Assembly: GCF_000002075.1 (NCBI RefSeq)
Contig: NW_004797973.1
Coordinates: 278,273 to 342,272, forward strand
Direction: 5' to 3'
DNA length: 64,000 bases
DNA from: Aplysia californica
Taxonomy: Eukaryota
The notes below the pieces were generated by a model that was given only the letters and a program-made list of their open reading frames with translations, had not been told where the DNA came from and made no database searches. The position numbers and the translations under genes were made by a program. Each line of letters opens with the position of its first letter. Positions within the stretch are counted from its first letter, which is position 1. Of this stretch, positions 44,554-56,540 are shown one piece after another.

Positions 44554-47500
44554 CCTGAGGAAGCCCACGGGGCGAAACGTTGAGCTATCAAACAAATTTA
44601 AACATTTTATATTGTCTGGTATGATACAACCAAAGTGGCCCACATAGCGAAACGTTGAGCTATTAAACAAATTTAAACATTTTATATTGTTATTTTATTT
44701 TTGTTTAAAATTAAAACAAGACTCTTCCTCCTACCCTGCTTACCAAACAATGATGATGATGATGATGATGATGATGACAGTAAAGTTCTCTTCTCTCCTT
44801 CCACCCAACTCACCTGGAAATATTGGAAGAATGACTCTGGCTTGCGCTTGAGCTGCTTGAAGTCCGCCTGGAACTGAAACGATGTCTGAGGAGGGCTCAA
44901 CTTATCCTCGGCTCCCTCGGTATCGGCGCTGGACGTCCGCTCACTACTGGAAGAAACGGCAAGACTGGACGCCGCTGACACTTTCGGTCCAGACACTGTT
45001 GCAGAACTGGACTCGGAGCCAGATTTGTGTTTGGTGTCTCTAGAAGTAGAGCGACTCTGCTCTTCAAGACGACTTTCCGGCTGGGATGCTTGTGCCTTTA
45101 CAGGTGTCGTGACCTGTTTTATTTTATCGTGCCCTGGAATTTCCTTTTTGGTATCACTGGCTCTGTCCTCCGGGGCCATATCTCTTCTCTCATTGACGAG
45201 GGCGGGTTTGGTTGTGGTCAGTTCCTCAATCTTGGTGCCCGCTGGGCTCGAGGCTGAGGATACAAATAGCTTCTCAAAGTCTTCCTTCTCTTTAGCTGAA
45301 ATCTTTTTGGCCAGTTCACTCTGATCAGCGCTTGGGGCAGGTCTAGCTGCAGTTTCGATCCCAATTTCTTCAATTGGGACTCGGAATAGGGGTTTCTGGG
45401 GAAAAGAGATGACTTGATGTAAAATGCCTACAGGAAATCTTTCAAGACTATGATTCCCCAAAACATCACAAAAATCCGTTCAACCAGATGTGCACTGGCA
45501 CAATCAGTAGAAGGACCCTTGGCAACATTTTGGAGAGAGCAACGGAGCATCAATGGACATGTCCGGAGTGCAGGGACGCTGCTTCCTGAAACAATAACAA
45601 TATCACAAAAATCAATTGATATTCTCTTTTGATACATCAAGACTTCTCAGTACTTCACGCTGCACCGTCTACGGAAGAGGAAAAGCAACCATTACAACAG
45701 CGGTAAACCAAGGAATTTTTTCCAACTTCACAACATAACCACAGCAAAGTAATATCCTGAACAAATCCTGGTTAGTTGAAAGAAACATTTGACCATGTCA
45801 CAACTTCAGCAAAAATAACATTTTTACAATCCTTTCATCAACATCCAGAAAAGTTCCCGCTATGCAAAGATTTGAAGACCATTTATTTTCTCATTTCCCT
45901 TTGTCTTTCTGATCCACTAAGGGGAACTTTGGTGAGAATCTGGTTTACAATAAGTTTGAAAAATTTCAGTAACAAGACAAAGGTTAAGTCTTTATTATAA
46001 TCTTTTAGTTTAGTTTTACTAGTTTTTACGGCGCTCGCAACTGTATAAAGTCATGTGAGCGCCAAGGGTTAAATGTCAATAGAGAAGTCCTTACAGGGAA
46101 TCAGACTTACTCTGCTCACCTCTTTGCCTTCAACAGCACATAGTCTGCTTTGACTATCAAGGCACCCCGGAAATAGAGGGTCACAAGAGTGTGACAATCA
46201 TACAAAAGAAGTAAAGGAAAAATGACCACAGCAAGGATTAGGAAAGAAAAAGCAGCAGTTCCCTGTTGCAGTTCAGGCACAGTTATGAGCATGACATTGA
46301 TGAATCAGCCCATTTACAATTCTACTGTGCATAAGAACATGTCCCACTTTGGGAATGGCCTAAAGACACTTCAGTCAGTTGCACCGCCCCAGGTAAAAAA
46401 AAAAGACAGAGGTGACACCACCAACCAATCAATAACTGAATTCTACTTCACTCTTGATTCAACACTACTCTGACTACCCCATAGAAAAGGTATGTATTAA
46501 AAAAAAGGACACAAAACACACCAAAGGACACTTGTGGTTGCAAACCCCTCCCCAGAAGCATCTTCTAAACTTTCACAGAGTACACAATTACCTTTTTTTA
46601 ATAGTAAGAGTTTTACGGCACTTGCAACACAATAAGTGCCGAAGAATAGATGTGTCACAAGAGAGTAACATACACAAAAAAAGGAGGAGGAGAGATAAGG
46701 ACGGTAGATGTTTCAGAGATGCCAACCACAGAAAACCGAAATGAGTATTGGGAAATATGAAAATGTGTATTCCCCACGACCAACCGACCAACCAGTAGGC
46801 TAAAACAGCTCCTGGACATGGATGGCTGGTGCCTCTATAAATAAATCATTGATGGTCGACCAACCAGAAATAGTAAAATGTTCTGGGTGTCCAGCCAAAA
46901 AAAATTACTAGATCTAGTTCACCAGCTCGAAAAAGGGAACACACACGCGTACAATATACATGTATCCAGTAAACAACATGTCAGTGTTCAATGTTGTACT
47001 GGGGTCTTGTTCGACATAAGTATTTCAGTCTATTGTATAATATTTTCCTCTCATTATTATATAAAAAATAGATCCTGCTTTGAGAGTTCGGAAGGGCTTA
47101 GAACAAGAATTTCGACTATCAAGAACCAGTCTAGGTGTCATGATTCATATTATGAACTGACAGACTCAAATTATTACTCAAACTCAGAGAAAAGCAATAA
47201 CTTGAATGGCTCAAGTAGACCCATGCACTGTGAGAGTTGTAACAACTGTGGTAGGGCAAGATGCAGTGACACTGAAAATCTGCCAGTCTTGAACAGAAAG
47301 CAAACACTTTATTTCAATAACACAGACTTGCAAAGTATGAGGGGTCCCGATTCCGCACACGGCCTACACCAACGCGCGCTTTGCAGAAAGCTCTAATCAA
47401 AATTCTGAAAATTGCTTCCAAGTTTTTGTCCTCTAGTGTTGCCTTAAACCCCCGATAGTATCTTAAACCCAAAAAAAATCAATAATCTCCTCCCCTTTTC

Positions 47501-50500
47501 CGCCCGTAGTCCTATACTTCGCAACGCTGTTTCTCCCACCAAAGACGGTGTTTACTCACTACGATGCCGCATTTATTTATGACGCGAATGCGCACAGGAT
47601 CAGTGACCGGTCACGATGGCGAGCCCGACAATCTAAAAATCGGACGACGCTTGTATTTTCTTTTCTTTTTTTTCCCATAAGTGACAGCACAGCGACGAGT
47701 CAGAGTATTTATTACATTTTATTTGAACGGCGACATTGTGTTTATACTGCACAACCTGCATGCCACAAATTAATGTTGCGTTATCAGACAACTGCTGGCA
47801 AACTTCTCGGTGGTAACGAAAGCGAAAGTAGATTTTGATTTTCCCGATCGAGCCTCGGTGTCGCATACGCTTCCGCCTGCCGCCATAGCTGCCTTTTCGC
47901 GTGAAAGTGAAACGTACTCTCCAGACGGGGAAAAGATTAACGAATATAATATCACGATCACAACCGGCAAAAATGAACTTACTGACCACATCGGACTTGG
48001 TTTTCAAATATTCCAGTTCTGAGATACTGATACTATTTTGACAAAAGATGGGACCTGAGATAATTAGATTTACTCGCCCAAGCTGAATCTCGTAGTTTTC
48101 GCATTCCAGGATGCGTATTTTTTCATGAAAAGTCGTATTCGCGTATTTTCAGCCAAAAATCGTTCTAAAATACGTAAAATCGTACTGGTTGGCATCTCTG
48201 GATGTTTTATAGGAAAGAAGGAGCAAACCACACCAGAACACCTGCAAACCAGCCACACACAATTACCTTTGACCTTTCTTCAGGAGGCTTGTAGATTGGT
48301 TTCACTCTACCACATTCATCCTCCGTTAACGTTGTCGTCACAGGTGCCTCATCTTCCCTCTTCAGCTCCTGGAGATATTCGAGGAAATGACAGACATACC
48401 ATTATACAACAGATGTCTAGCAACAGCAGCCCCTGTTGACATTCATCAGGGGAAAAAAAGCTAATCAAAACAGTCTAGGAGCATGAGTGTTCAAACATAA
48501 TCTTTCGACAGAGCAGACACCCTTGCCAAGAAGGGAGCATCACAAACACAACCACACAACCCAGTTTCACAACAGACAGCCAAGAACATCATCAAATACA
48601 ACACCAGGGAACAGTGGCTGAATGGACGGGCAATGGGCAAAACTGGAAGAACTGTATTTGCACACATGACAGCCCCCAACTCTAAAGACGCAATAAATTC
48701 CCTGAGTAGAAGAGAACAAGTCACGTATTTCGCCTGCGAACACAACACATACCACTAAATTCCTACCTTAATAGGATCCGCAAGGATACCCCACCCGACT
48801 GCCCGTTGTGTGACTGCCAGGAAGAAACAGTACCACACCACCTCTTTAACTGCCCAGCACTTTGCGACCTGTGTAGCACCTACCTACCTGCCTCCCCAGA
48901 CATCGGAAACACTCTATACAGCGACAAAGCACAGCTGATTAAAACCTGTCAATTTTTTGCCATATCGACAGACCGAAGGGCTAGAACCCAAATGGCCGCT
49001 GGATCGGAAAAGTAAAGTAAAGTAAACATAATCTTCTTTCTTTTATTTTTGTAAGTGTTTTACGGTGCTCACAACTGCATAAGTCATAAGAGTGCGCGGG
49101 ACACATGTAACATTTTTAGTCGGAAGGAAATTTTGAATTTAGCCTTGGGTGGCGACTGAAGCCTACTCTTATCGATTTTGGACCTCCAAGAGATCTTTAA
49201 TCGGCACAACTTGCACATGCGACCTCCGAGATTTTTTCGCCCTTATCTGAGGTTTGGTGTTAGATCTTATCAAACACAATCACAAAAAAACCCCAAACAT
49301 GCCTCTTGCAGCATGACTTCCTCTATAAATTTTAAAAAAAAAAAAAAAATCAGCTTTTATATGAGGTAAAACACTCAAGGCATGACATACCGAAGCCAGC
49401 ACATTTGTTTACTTTTTCTCTTTTTCCTTTGTTTTCTAAAAGAAACACCTTCACCAATTCTTTGCTCATTTCACAACAGGTCATTCAATCACATACAAAG
49501 TACAGTAAAGCCATTTCGGGGGGCTCTCGTGGTCTACAGGTTACGGTGTTCGCCTCTCATTCAACATGTAACCTGACAGCGATAGAAAATTTTCTTCTCT
49601 GAAATTTTCTCTTTTCACATCCTTTCCTGCTCTCCAAAAATGTTTATCATCTACTTTCGTTTCCACTTTCTGCTACCACCCCTACCTCCTTTGCACCCTC
49701 CTCTGGGCTCCTGAGTCTTTCTACTGCTACTCCTCAGCTCCTTCTTACTGCTGTCTTTCAGCCGCAACCCTGATCTTAGGATAGGTAAGATCTAACACCT
49801 AGCTTTCTCGGATACGGGCGAAAAATCTCAGAGGTCCCGTGTGCAAGTTGTGCACATTAAAGATCCCTAGGTAGTCAAAAATTGATAAGAGTAGGCTTTG
49901 GCCGCCACTCATGCAAAATTCAAAAATTAATTTCTACAAAACTAAAAAGTGTCTCTTGCGCTCATATAACCTCATGCCATTGAGAGCGCCGTAAAACACT
50001 TAAAAACCAAAAGCCATTTCAAATTACACTTTCTTATTTTCTGAAAACTGTCAACATTTCCAATGAAATTTTCATTTGGTTTTGAAATTTCCAAGAGTTT
50101 TGATAATCAGCTTTTGTTGTGATAGCTTCCTTGTCCCATAAGCAAAACAAGAGAGACACTTCCCTTTTTGCTTNNNNNNNNNNNNNNNNNNNNNNNNNNN
50201 NNNNNNNNNNNNNNNNNNNNNNNNNNNNNNNNNNNNNNNNNNNNNNNNNNNNNNNNNNNNNNNNNNNNNNNNNNNNNNNNNNNNNNNNNNNNNNNNNNNN
50301 NNNNNNNNNNNNNNNNNNNNNNNNNNNNNNNNNNNNNNNNNNNNNNNNNNNNNNNNNNNNNNNNNNNNNNNNNNNNNNNNNNNNNNNNNNNNNNNNNNNN
50401 NNNNNNNNNNNNNNNNNNNCATCTCACCTTCTGCAGCCTCTCAATCTCAGTTTTGGCTTGTTTGTTTGAAGGCTCCAGATCCAGGACCCGGTTGAAATCA

Positions 50501-53500
50501 GCGACGGCTTCGTCCAGTTTGCCCAGACTTGACCTCGCCGTGGCTCTCCGGAGGTAAGCCTTCACGTACATCGGGTCCAGGGATATGGAGGTTGTACAGT
50601 CCAGCTCAGCAGCGGCGAACCTGTGAAGAATACACTAGTCCATTATCTCTGACCCACAGACATATAGGAGGCATCGTGGTAAAATCAGGCGCTCATCAAA
50701 ATAATGAAATCAAAGAAATCAGCCTTTTCTTTGGCCGATAGGCAATTTTTTTCTATTTTTTTTTTCTTTTTTTTTTTTTGCTCAATACCTTTTATGTCAG
50801 TTTAAAAACACATTTTTGTGTGGATTTTACAGAAAAACATTGATTGAAGACGCAAAAAAATGTAAATTTTCAGTTTTCAAGGACGCTCAGGCTATGGAAG
50901 TTACCAAACTTTGGCTGCCATTTTCTCGCTAATTTTACCTCTGAAATCAGGTGACCCTGACCTCCTTCAATCGCAAATACTTCTACTTCTATTCAGGATA
51001 GATAGATAATTTTTCCCCCACAAGGAAGGCAAATGCTCAGGCTTTCAGATGATACCAATAACCCCACATGCCCCAAAAAAGCATAATCAATGATCAGTGC
51101 TGGTCAACCTTTTTATAGCCAGTGCCCATTTTTGCCACCTTAATGAGGTTAAAATTTTCACAACTTAAACTTATATTTTCTCTATTTCTTTGTATTTGGG
51201 GCTTTCACGGACAACGAATTACGGAAATCTCGAACTCTATTTCCAATCCACGACGAATTCAAGTTACCCGTGTTTGACTGTATATAGATTTCCAACTCGT
51301 GTTTTACTATCATATAACCCTACGACGTGGGGTACTCTGAGCCACCACTTTCCAAAGAGGAAATTTACTTGTTAATCTAATCCGCACGCTTTGCACAGCA
51401 GTCCGTCAAAATGATTTTTTGAGAAATACTGAAAGTTTCAATAGTACTTTTCCCTACGCAGGAGATCCTCACTGCCCGCCAAAAGGACCAAATTGTCCAC
51501 TATTGGGGTGGGTGGTTGGCGGGTGCTCTGGTGTGGCTTGCTTCTTCTTTCCTGTCAAACATCTATCGTCCTTATCTCCCCTTCTTCTTTTTAATGTTTG
51601 TTACTCTCTTGTAACACCTCTAATCTTCTGGTGCTCATATGACCGTATGCAGTTGCGAGTGCCGTAAAACCTCTACTAAAACTAAAATAAACAACTATAG
51701 GGCGATATCACCCAGGTGGGCAAGCACTGGTATAGACAAGACGTTGACACTCGGGGGAATTAGCTCCTAACTCTTTCAGCCCTGAATCCCCCCTCCCCCC
51801 CCCCCCCACCCCCACCAGTTTACAGAACTTGTGATTCCTATATATCTCTTTGCACAACAGCTCGATGCACAGGCTAGGGCCAGTGCTCCAGTTCTTGAGC
51901 TTAAGTTACCAACTTGAGCTGACTTTGTTTTGTTTTAGTACGAGTTTTACGACACTTGCGAATCTGTTAGGACATATAAGTGCCGCCGATTAGAAGTGTT
52001 ACAAGAGAGTAACAAGCACAGATAACGACGATAAATGTTTGATAGGAAAGAAGGAGCAAACCACACCAGAACACCCGCCAACTACCCATGAGCTGGCTTT
52101 AAGCGTGACAGGTTATGAAAACCATTAAAAAGATGACAATGATTCTACTCTACAAGTTGCACAAAGCCTCAATGCAAACGAACATATCTAAACAAGAAAT
52201 CCATCAAACAAACCAACGAACAAACCAACAAACCAACATATTGTGAGCAGTAAGAGTGAAATCATAGATCAATTTGTTTCCAGTGACAAGTTGTCACCAA
52301 GTACATAATATTTTAAAACTAACTGATGAGAAAACCCAATCACACTACATTACAAAATCACCACTACACCCCCCCCCCCCCCCCCTCCTTCCCCCACAGA
52401 TGTGTGGTGAAAAGTACAGTCGAACCTGTGTAAGACGGCCACCCATTGTCAAGGGGAAAAGTGGCCGTATAAGACAGGAGGCCGTCTTAGGCAGGACTGA
52501 TCAAAATGAAGAAAACAAACCATTCTCTTCTGAGGTCCCAATCTAAGGTTGCAGCATTGGTGTTATTGTTGCTGTTTTCACTGGTTTTTGTTTTGTTCGC
52601 TTTTTTATATTTTGTTGCAGATTTTTTGTACAAGGGTGGCAATAAAACAAAATATGTCAGATGAAGAAGACGCCAGTGCCACGGTAAAACAAACACATGG
52701 GTCGCCACCACTCGGAGAACGAGCAACGCTTCTGTCGCAAGTTCATGTTGACGTCCTTTGTTACTTTGTTACAGACTGGGTAAACAGTGACCGCCCATCT
52801 CACTTACGATTTGTGTACGAGTTGCAGGCAGATCTAATGGGTTATGAGGGATCACACGGTTACCTCGCCAGTACCGGTAGCTGAAAATATTGTTACCTTC
52901 TGGTCAACAGTGGGAGGGGCCACCGCAACATAATCAGTTGGAGGGACTACCTAACAACAACGACAGATGATTGGCTAAGACAGGTGTTATTGTTTGGTGT
53001 GATAGAGGTTGTGTATTGAAATATAGTCGTCGTGGCTATGTTGGACAGGTGGTCGTTTTACACAGTTAAATTATATATATATTAAAAAAGCAAGGGGGGG
53101 AATAGAAAGTGGCTGTTTGTACAGGTGGCCATCTTATAGAGGTGGCCATCAGGGCAGGTTCGACTGTATATTCAAAGAGCTGAACTTACTTTTGCTGTTT
53201 GAGTAGAGCCATGGCTCTGTTTGCAGGCAAAATGGCGTTGGTGGGGTCAAAGTCCATACCTTTTGAGTAGGCTTCCACAGCTTTGTCAATATCTCCCCTT
53301 TTCAGGAAGTCATTACCCTATACATAAAAAGTAATTGGCGACTTTTTAAGTCAATTGGACACACAATCGAGAATCAATGAAGGCTAATTATTCCTAATGA
53401 ATGCACTCATAAAGGTAGTCAGCAAGAAAGAAGTGCAGAAGAACCTTTAACTGCTAAATTTTTAATGATGGAGAAAAAAGTGAAAGGGTGTGCAGTTGAC

Positions 53501-55666
53501 TTGCTTTTCGGTACCCCCCCCATAATAAATAAATAACAACATAGATGATGAGAAACAAATTGCAATACAAACTTAAAGATAAATTTAATATCAGCTTAAC
53601 AAAAGTATACAAGGAACAATAAAGAAAGACAGAGCTACTAAAACAAGCACTCCCATTATTTTGAGCCTGATTGTCTTGTACTTTGTACCAAAAGTAATGC
53701 ATATATTCAACGTCCAAACCTTTACATGTTTTCTCAACCTAAAATACAGTTCTGGTAAGAGGGCAACATATTCATCTTATCATATCTTTACTACAGCTTT
53801 CCTCACCTTATCTTTTTCTTGTCCAGCTAGATGTTTCTTTCTCTCGAGCTCCCATTCCTCATCCGTTTCATACTCCGATGACGATGTCTCCTTCTTGCCT
53901 TCATCTTTATCGACTTCTTCCAAAGCTTTTTCCTGAAATATCGAGTCATGGGGGTAAGATTCAACTGACTTGCAGACTATGACGAGTCAGTGATATAGAA
54001 GCCAGAATATGCCATGATCAGGTCAAAACAAAAGAAAAAGATGAGTCATACGTAGAAAAATCTACCAAAACAGATGCCCCACTAACCTTCTGCTGCCCAT
54101 GTGGGTGAAAACAACAGGTGAGCAAATATAAATGGAGTATAAACACATGATGTGGCTTTTCAGGACAAAGAAATACCTCTAGCAACAGTACAAATTTTGC
54201 AGCACATGACAATGACACAGTCATTAAACTGTATACTCAGTTGTGCAAGGATCGGATTTTAAGCAGCAACACTATATTACAAACAAGTACAAAGAGCTCA
54301 CAGCTATAATGTAGTAATTTCCATGAAGATGGTATACAACCAGCAAAGAGGGCATTTTAGAATGCAGTTTTCCAAGCTCTTTGTTTGTCAGCTAAACAAT
54401 TATCTGACAGGTTTTTTTTTACATATCAACCAAAAGCTACTACAAACTTGGGCAATCTGTACTTGTACTACTTCATGTCTCATGTCTAACATCCTGGAAG
54501 AGCTATATCATGCAATTGCTTGCTTCAGGATAGTCTGTCAAGACACATAGCAGGCCATGCGTGTAAGTGCATAGGATGATGGCTTCTGTAATTCACTGCG
54601 AAAAAGACGCAATTATTAAAAGTCTGCATACATAACAAATTATTGACATTTCACAACATCACACTCAGAACGTCAGAATTTACCACGTCAAATTGGTCCC
54701 AAGCTCGGAAATCAAAGCCACTGATCTTTCCAGTCCGTGGTTTATCTGAGGGAACTTCTTTCTCTTTCTTCTTCTTCTTCAGTTTCTTTTTGTGAATTGT
54801 ATTCCGAACAGGTGGAAGATTAGATCCCTGAAACAAAGAAACCATACTAATTTTACAATGCAAAGTTTGCTCTGACATTTTATTAGAAAACAAAATACAA
54901 AACACAACAGGTGGGGAGCCTCATTACAGAAAGTGTGAGTTTGAAGGACAGTATCAATTCTATAAACACTTGCAGACCAACTAAAAAATTAGTTGCTTTT
55001 TTCTTTAAAATTTGTAAAAATCCCGCTGCTAAGTAAGTGGCATGTTAAGAGCAAAGTAAAGAACATTTAATCTACTATCGACAATAAAATTTTTTCTTTT
55101 GCAGAGCTACAAATCTTGGCCTTCAGATTTGGGCGATTTTGTAGTTTTGTTCATTAAATCATTAAAGTCAAGAGTAGGGGGGNNNNNNNNNNNNNNNNNN
55201 NNNNNNNNNNNNNNNNNNNNNNNNNNNNNNNNNNNNNNNNNNNNNNNNNNNNNNNNNNNNNNNNNNNNNNNNNNNNNNNNNNCAGGGGAATTTTATTCTT
55301 ATTTGACGTTTTGCAGTTAGGTTGTTGCATCCCTACTCTTTGTGTAGCCTATTTCAAATAGTATTTGGTCATCAAGACTTCTGGATTTCTTCTCTGGATG
55401 TAAACAAATGGATCGTGGACTTAAACGAACGGAACTACAAGATCACCCAGATTTGAAGTATCAAAATTTCTAATGAAAAATGATAAAAACAAGCCCTGCC
55501 TTACCTTTCCACCAGCATCTCCAGACTTTAGTTTTTCTTCCTTTTTCTTTATGTCGCTTTCCCAGTTGTCTAAATCAGCCAAGTAGTTTTGCAATTCCGA
55601 TTGGTTTTGACGCATCTGCGTCTGTAAGTTTATCATCTTTTCTTCATGCTTCGAAACTTTAGACAT
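40054..55666 (-). CDS. RPAP3: RNA polymerase II-associated protein 3 (R2TP co-chaperone, Spaghetti orthologue), 570 aa; join(complement 55505-55666, 54684-54827, 53807-53932, 53190-53317, 50428-50620, 48267-48368, 44814-45395, 41861-41958, 41315-41403, 40054-40142)
   Basis: 1713-nt in-frame CDS, all junctions GT-AG. Motifs: LQTQMRQNQSELQNYLADLDNWESDIKKKE, LPPVRN, ISGFDFRAWDQFDV, TPR (EKDKGNDFLKRG...PANRAMALLK...YVKAYLRRATAR...LDLEPSNKQA), VKPIYKPP..RSKKPLFRVPIEE, and the RPAP3_C domain PPQTSFQFQADF...YPKLFGQS...VKRFSMTAMFLS. Confidence 0.93.
41315..41403 (-). CDS. RPAP3: RPAP3 coding exon 9
   Basis: VDLYSVLHSLTLVKRFSMTAMFLSRKEKQ, phase 2/1. Confidence 0.9.
41861..41958 (-). CDS. RPAP3: RPAP3 coding exon 8
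   Basis: AIPPDNYPKLFGQSIDADILTTILKTL, phase 0/2. Confidence 0.9.
42017..42920. mobile_element. Tc1/mariner-type MITE family C (TA|CAGTAGTCTCCGCCTAAA)
   Basis: Both TIRs and TA TSD. An inverted homolog lies at ~22900-23628, with a remnant at 21801-21864. Confidence 0.85.
43297..43814 (-). mobile_element. Meta/MESC-type tRNA-derived SINE
   Basis: Full-length homolog of the 36633 copy. Confidence 0.8.
43873..44135. repeat. Minisatellite, 36-bp unit x ~7 (one more unit at ~44613-44648)
   Basis: CATAGCAGTCTGGTATGATACAACCA(C/A)AG(A/T)GGCC(A/C)A. Confidence 0.95.
44290..44553 (+). mobile_element. RTE-like LINE 3' end with (GAT)n tail
   Basis: Homologous to 11950-12140 (ITKKVLD..PQGKRSRG). Confidence 0.7.
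44814..45395 (-). CDS. RPAP3: RPAP3 coding exon 7
   Basis: KPLFRVPIEE, a low-complexity S-rich linker, then PPQTSFQFQADFKQL; 582 nt. Confidence 0.92.
46005..46395 (-). mobile_element. Second copy of the 1905-2292 retroposon
   Basis: Direct sequence similarity over ~390 bp. Confidence 0.75.
48267..48368 (-). CDS. RPAP3: RPAP3 coding exon 6
   Basis: ELKREDE...RVKPIYKPPEERSK, 102 nt, phase 0/0. Confidence 0.88.
48505..49023 (+). mobile_element. 5'-truncated I-group (Ingi/Nimb-like) LINE: RNase H end plus CCHC knuckle
   Basis: RADTLAK, FRLRTQH, CPLCDCQEETVPHHLFNC; (AAGTA)n tail; 12-bp TSD AAACATAATCTT (48493-48504 and 49024-49035). Confidence 0.85.
49045..49270 (-). mobile_element. Meta/MESC-type SINE, 3' half
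   Basis: Homology to the core and tail of the 36633 copy. Confidence 0.7.
49518..50009 (+). mobile_element. Meta/MESC-type tRNA-derived SINE
   Basis: Homolog of the 36633 copy; TSD AAAGCCATTTC at 49507-49517 and 50010-50020. Confidence 0.85.
50428..50620 (-). CDS. RPAP3: RPAP3 coding exon 5 (TPR)
   Basis: FAAAELDCTTSISLDPMYVKAYLRRATAR...IERLQK, phase 2/0. Confidence 0.93.
51927..52088 (-). mobile_element. ~170-bp short retroposon (family copy)
   Basis: TSD TGAGCTG(A/G)CTTT on both sides. Confidence 0.8.
52417..53166. mobile_element. MITE family B copy (inverted)
   Basis: TA-flanked CAGTCGAACCTG TIRs. Confidence 0.85.
53190..53317 (-). CDS. RPAP3: RPAP3 coding exon 4 (TPR)
   Basis: GNDFLKRGDIDKAVEAYSKGMDFDPTNAILPANRAMALLKQQ, phase 0/2. 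Confidence 0.93.
53807..53932 (-). CDS. RPAP3: RPAP3 coding exon 3
   Basis: EKALEEVDK...LAGQEKDK, phase 0/0. Confidence 0.9.
54684..54827 (-). CDS. RPAP3: RPAP3 coding exon 2
   Basis: GSNLPPVRN...RAWDQFDV, phase 0/0. Confidence 0.92.
55505..55666 (-). CDS. RPAP3: RPAP3 coding exon 1
   Basis: gacgccATG; donor GTAAG; 162 nt. Confidence 0.92.
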
Positions 55667-55979
55667 GGCGTCAGATTTAAGATTTTTAAGGTTTGATAAA
55701 CAGCTGAGCCTCTCTTTCTTCTTTGTCTATGGTCTTAATCTATTGATCAACAATCTAAAATGTTCGTTCATCAGTAATTTGCCGAAACTGAAACAAGCTG
55801 TAGATCTAGATCTAGATTTAGATTCTTTATATTAGATCTTGGAGAATCTAAGAAGCAGACCTAGATATCTAGATTCTAGATCTCTAGAAATTCTTGAATC
55901 TAGATCTAGCAGAGTCTACTATTGATTGATTCTCATTCAAATTCAAGGCGTGTCGTGTAGGCTATGACAAACCGAGGAA

Positions 55980-56540
55980 CGCTCTCAATTCAGTTGGTTA
56001 GAACCCAGAAAGATATTGAGGTGGAAAACATCAGACAAACAACTAGATCGTGCTTGTTGTAAAGTTATACCGGAACCAGAATGTGTTTGGAAGAAGCTTC
56101 GATCCGAAAGTCGAAAGTAGATCGAGGCCTTGGCTGGAAGTCGTTGCCAAGAAAGGAAACACACTCTTCGTAATTTCAAACTATCAGCTTTTTCTATTAT
56201 AATAATCATCACACAGATTATGCAAACACAATTCAAACGGCAAAAGGGAAATCTTCTCATCTCATCTGACTAATCAGTAGTTAATGAATGTCTTTCTTCT
56301 AGTTTTTTCCAATGCAGAAATGTGCAAAAAGAGAGCTTTTGTTCTTTTCCTTCACATAATAATATTTATATCTATTTATTCGCCATAAAGAGTTGACTAC
56401 GACGGCTACGAAACAATATTTGTACTCTTCAACGTTGGTGAATTGAATGAGTAGAAATCCAAACAAAATGGCGGAAATTGTCTAAAGCTCGGAAGTTGCA
56501 AGAAAGTTCTATTGAAATTAAATGAAATTACGAGGTAGGC
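55980..56540. promoter_or_regulatory. Probable bidirectional promoter, RPAP3 / HAUS5, with HAUS5 non-coding exon 1
   Basis: YY1-type AAAATGGCGG at 56465-56474, ETS-type CGGAAG near 56490, plus-strand donor GAG|GTAGGC at 56535, CpG retained. Confidence 0.5.

Noticed and set aside
46878-47396. 172-aa plus-strand ORF
   Set aside because: Lies in a repeat also present at ~5440-6000, where the frame is not preserved.
50072-50571. X-filled ORFs spanning N gaps (also 12239-12601, 55099-55320, 61455-61996)
   Set aside because: Artefacts of assembly gaps, apart from the genuine exon portions annotated separately.
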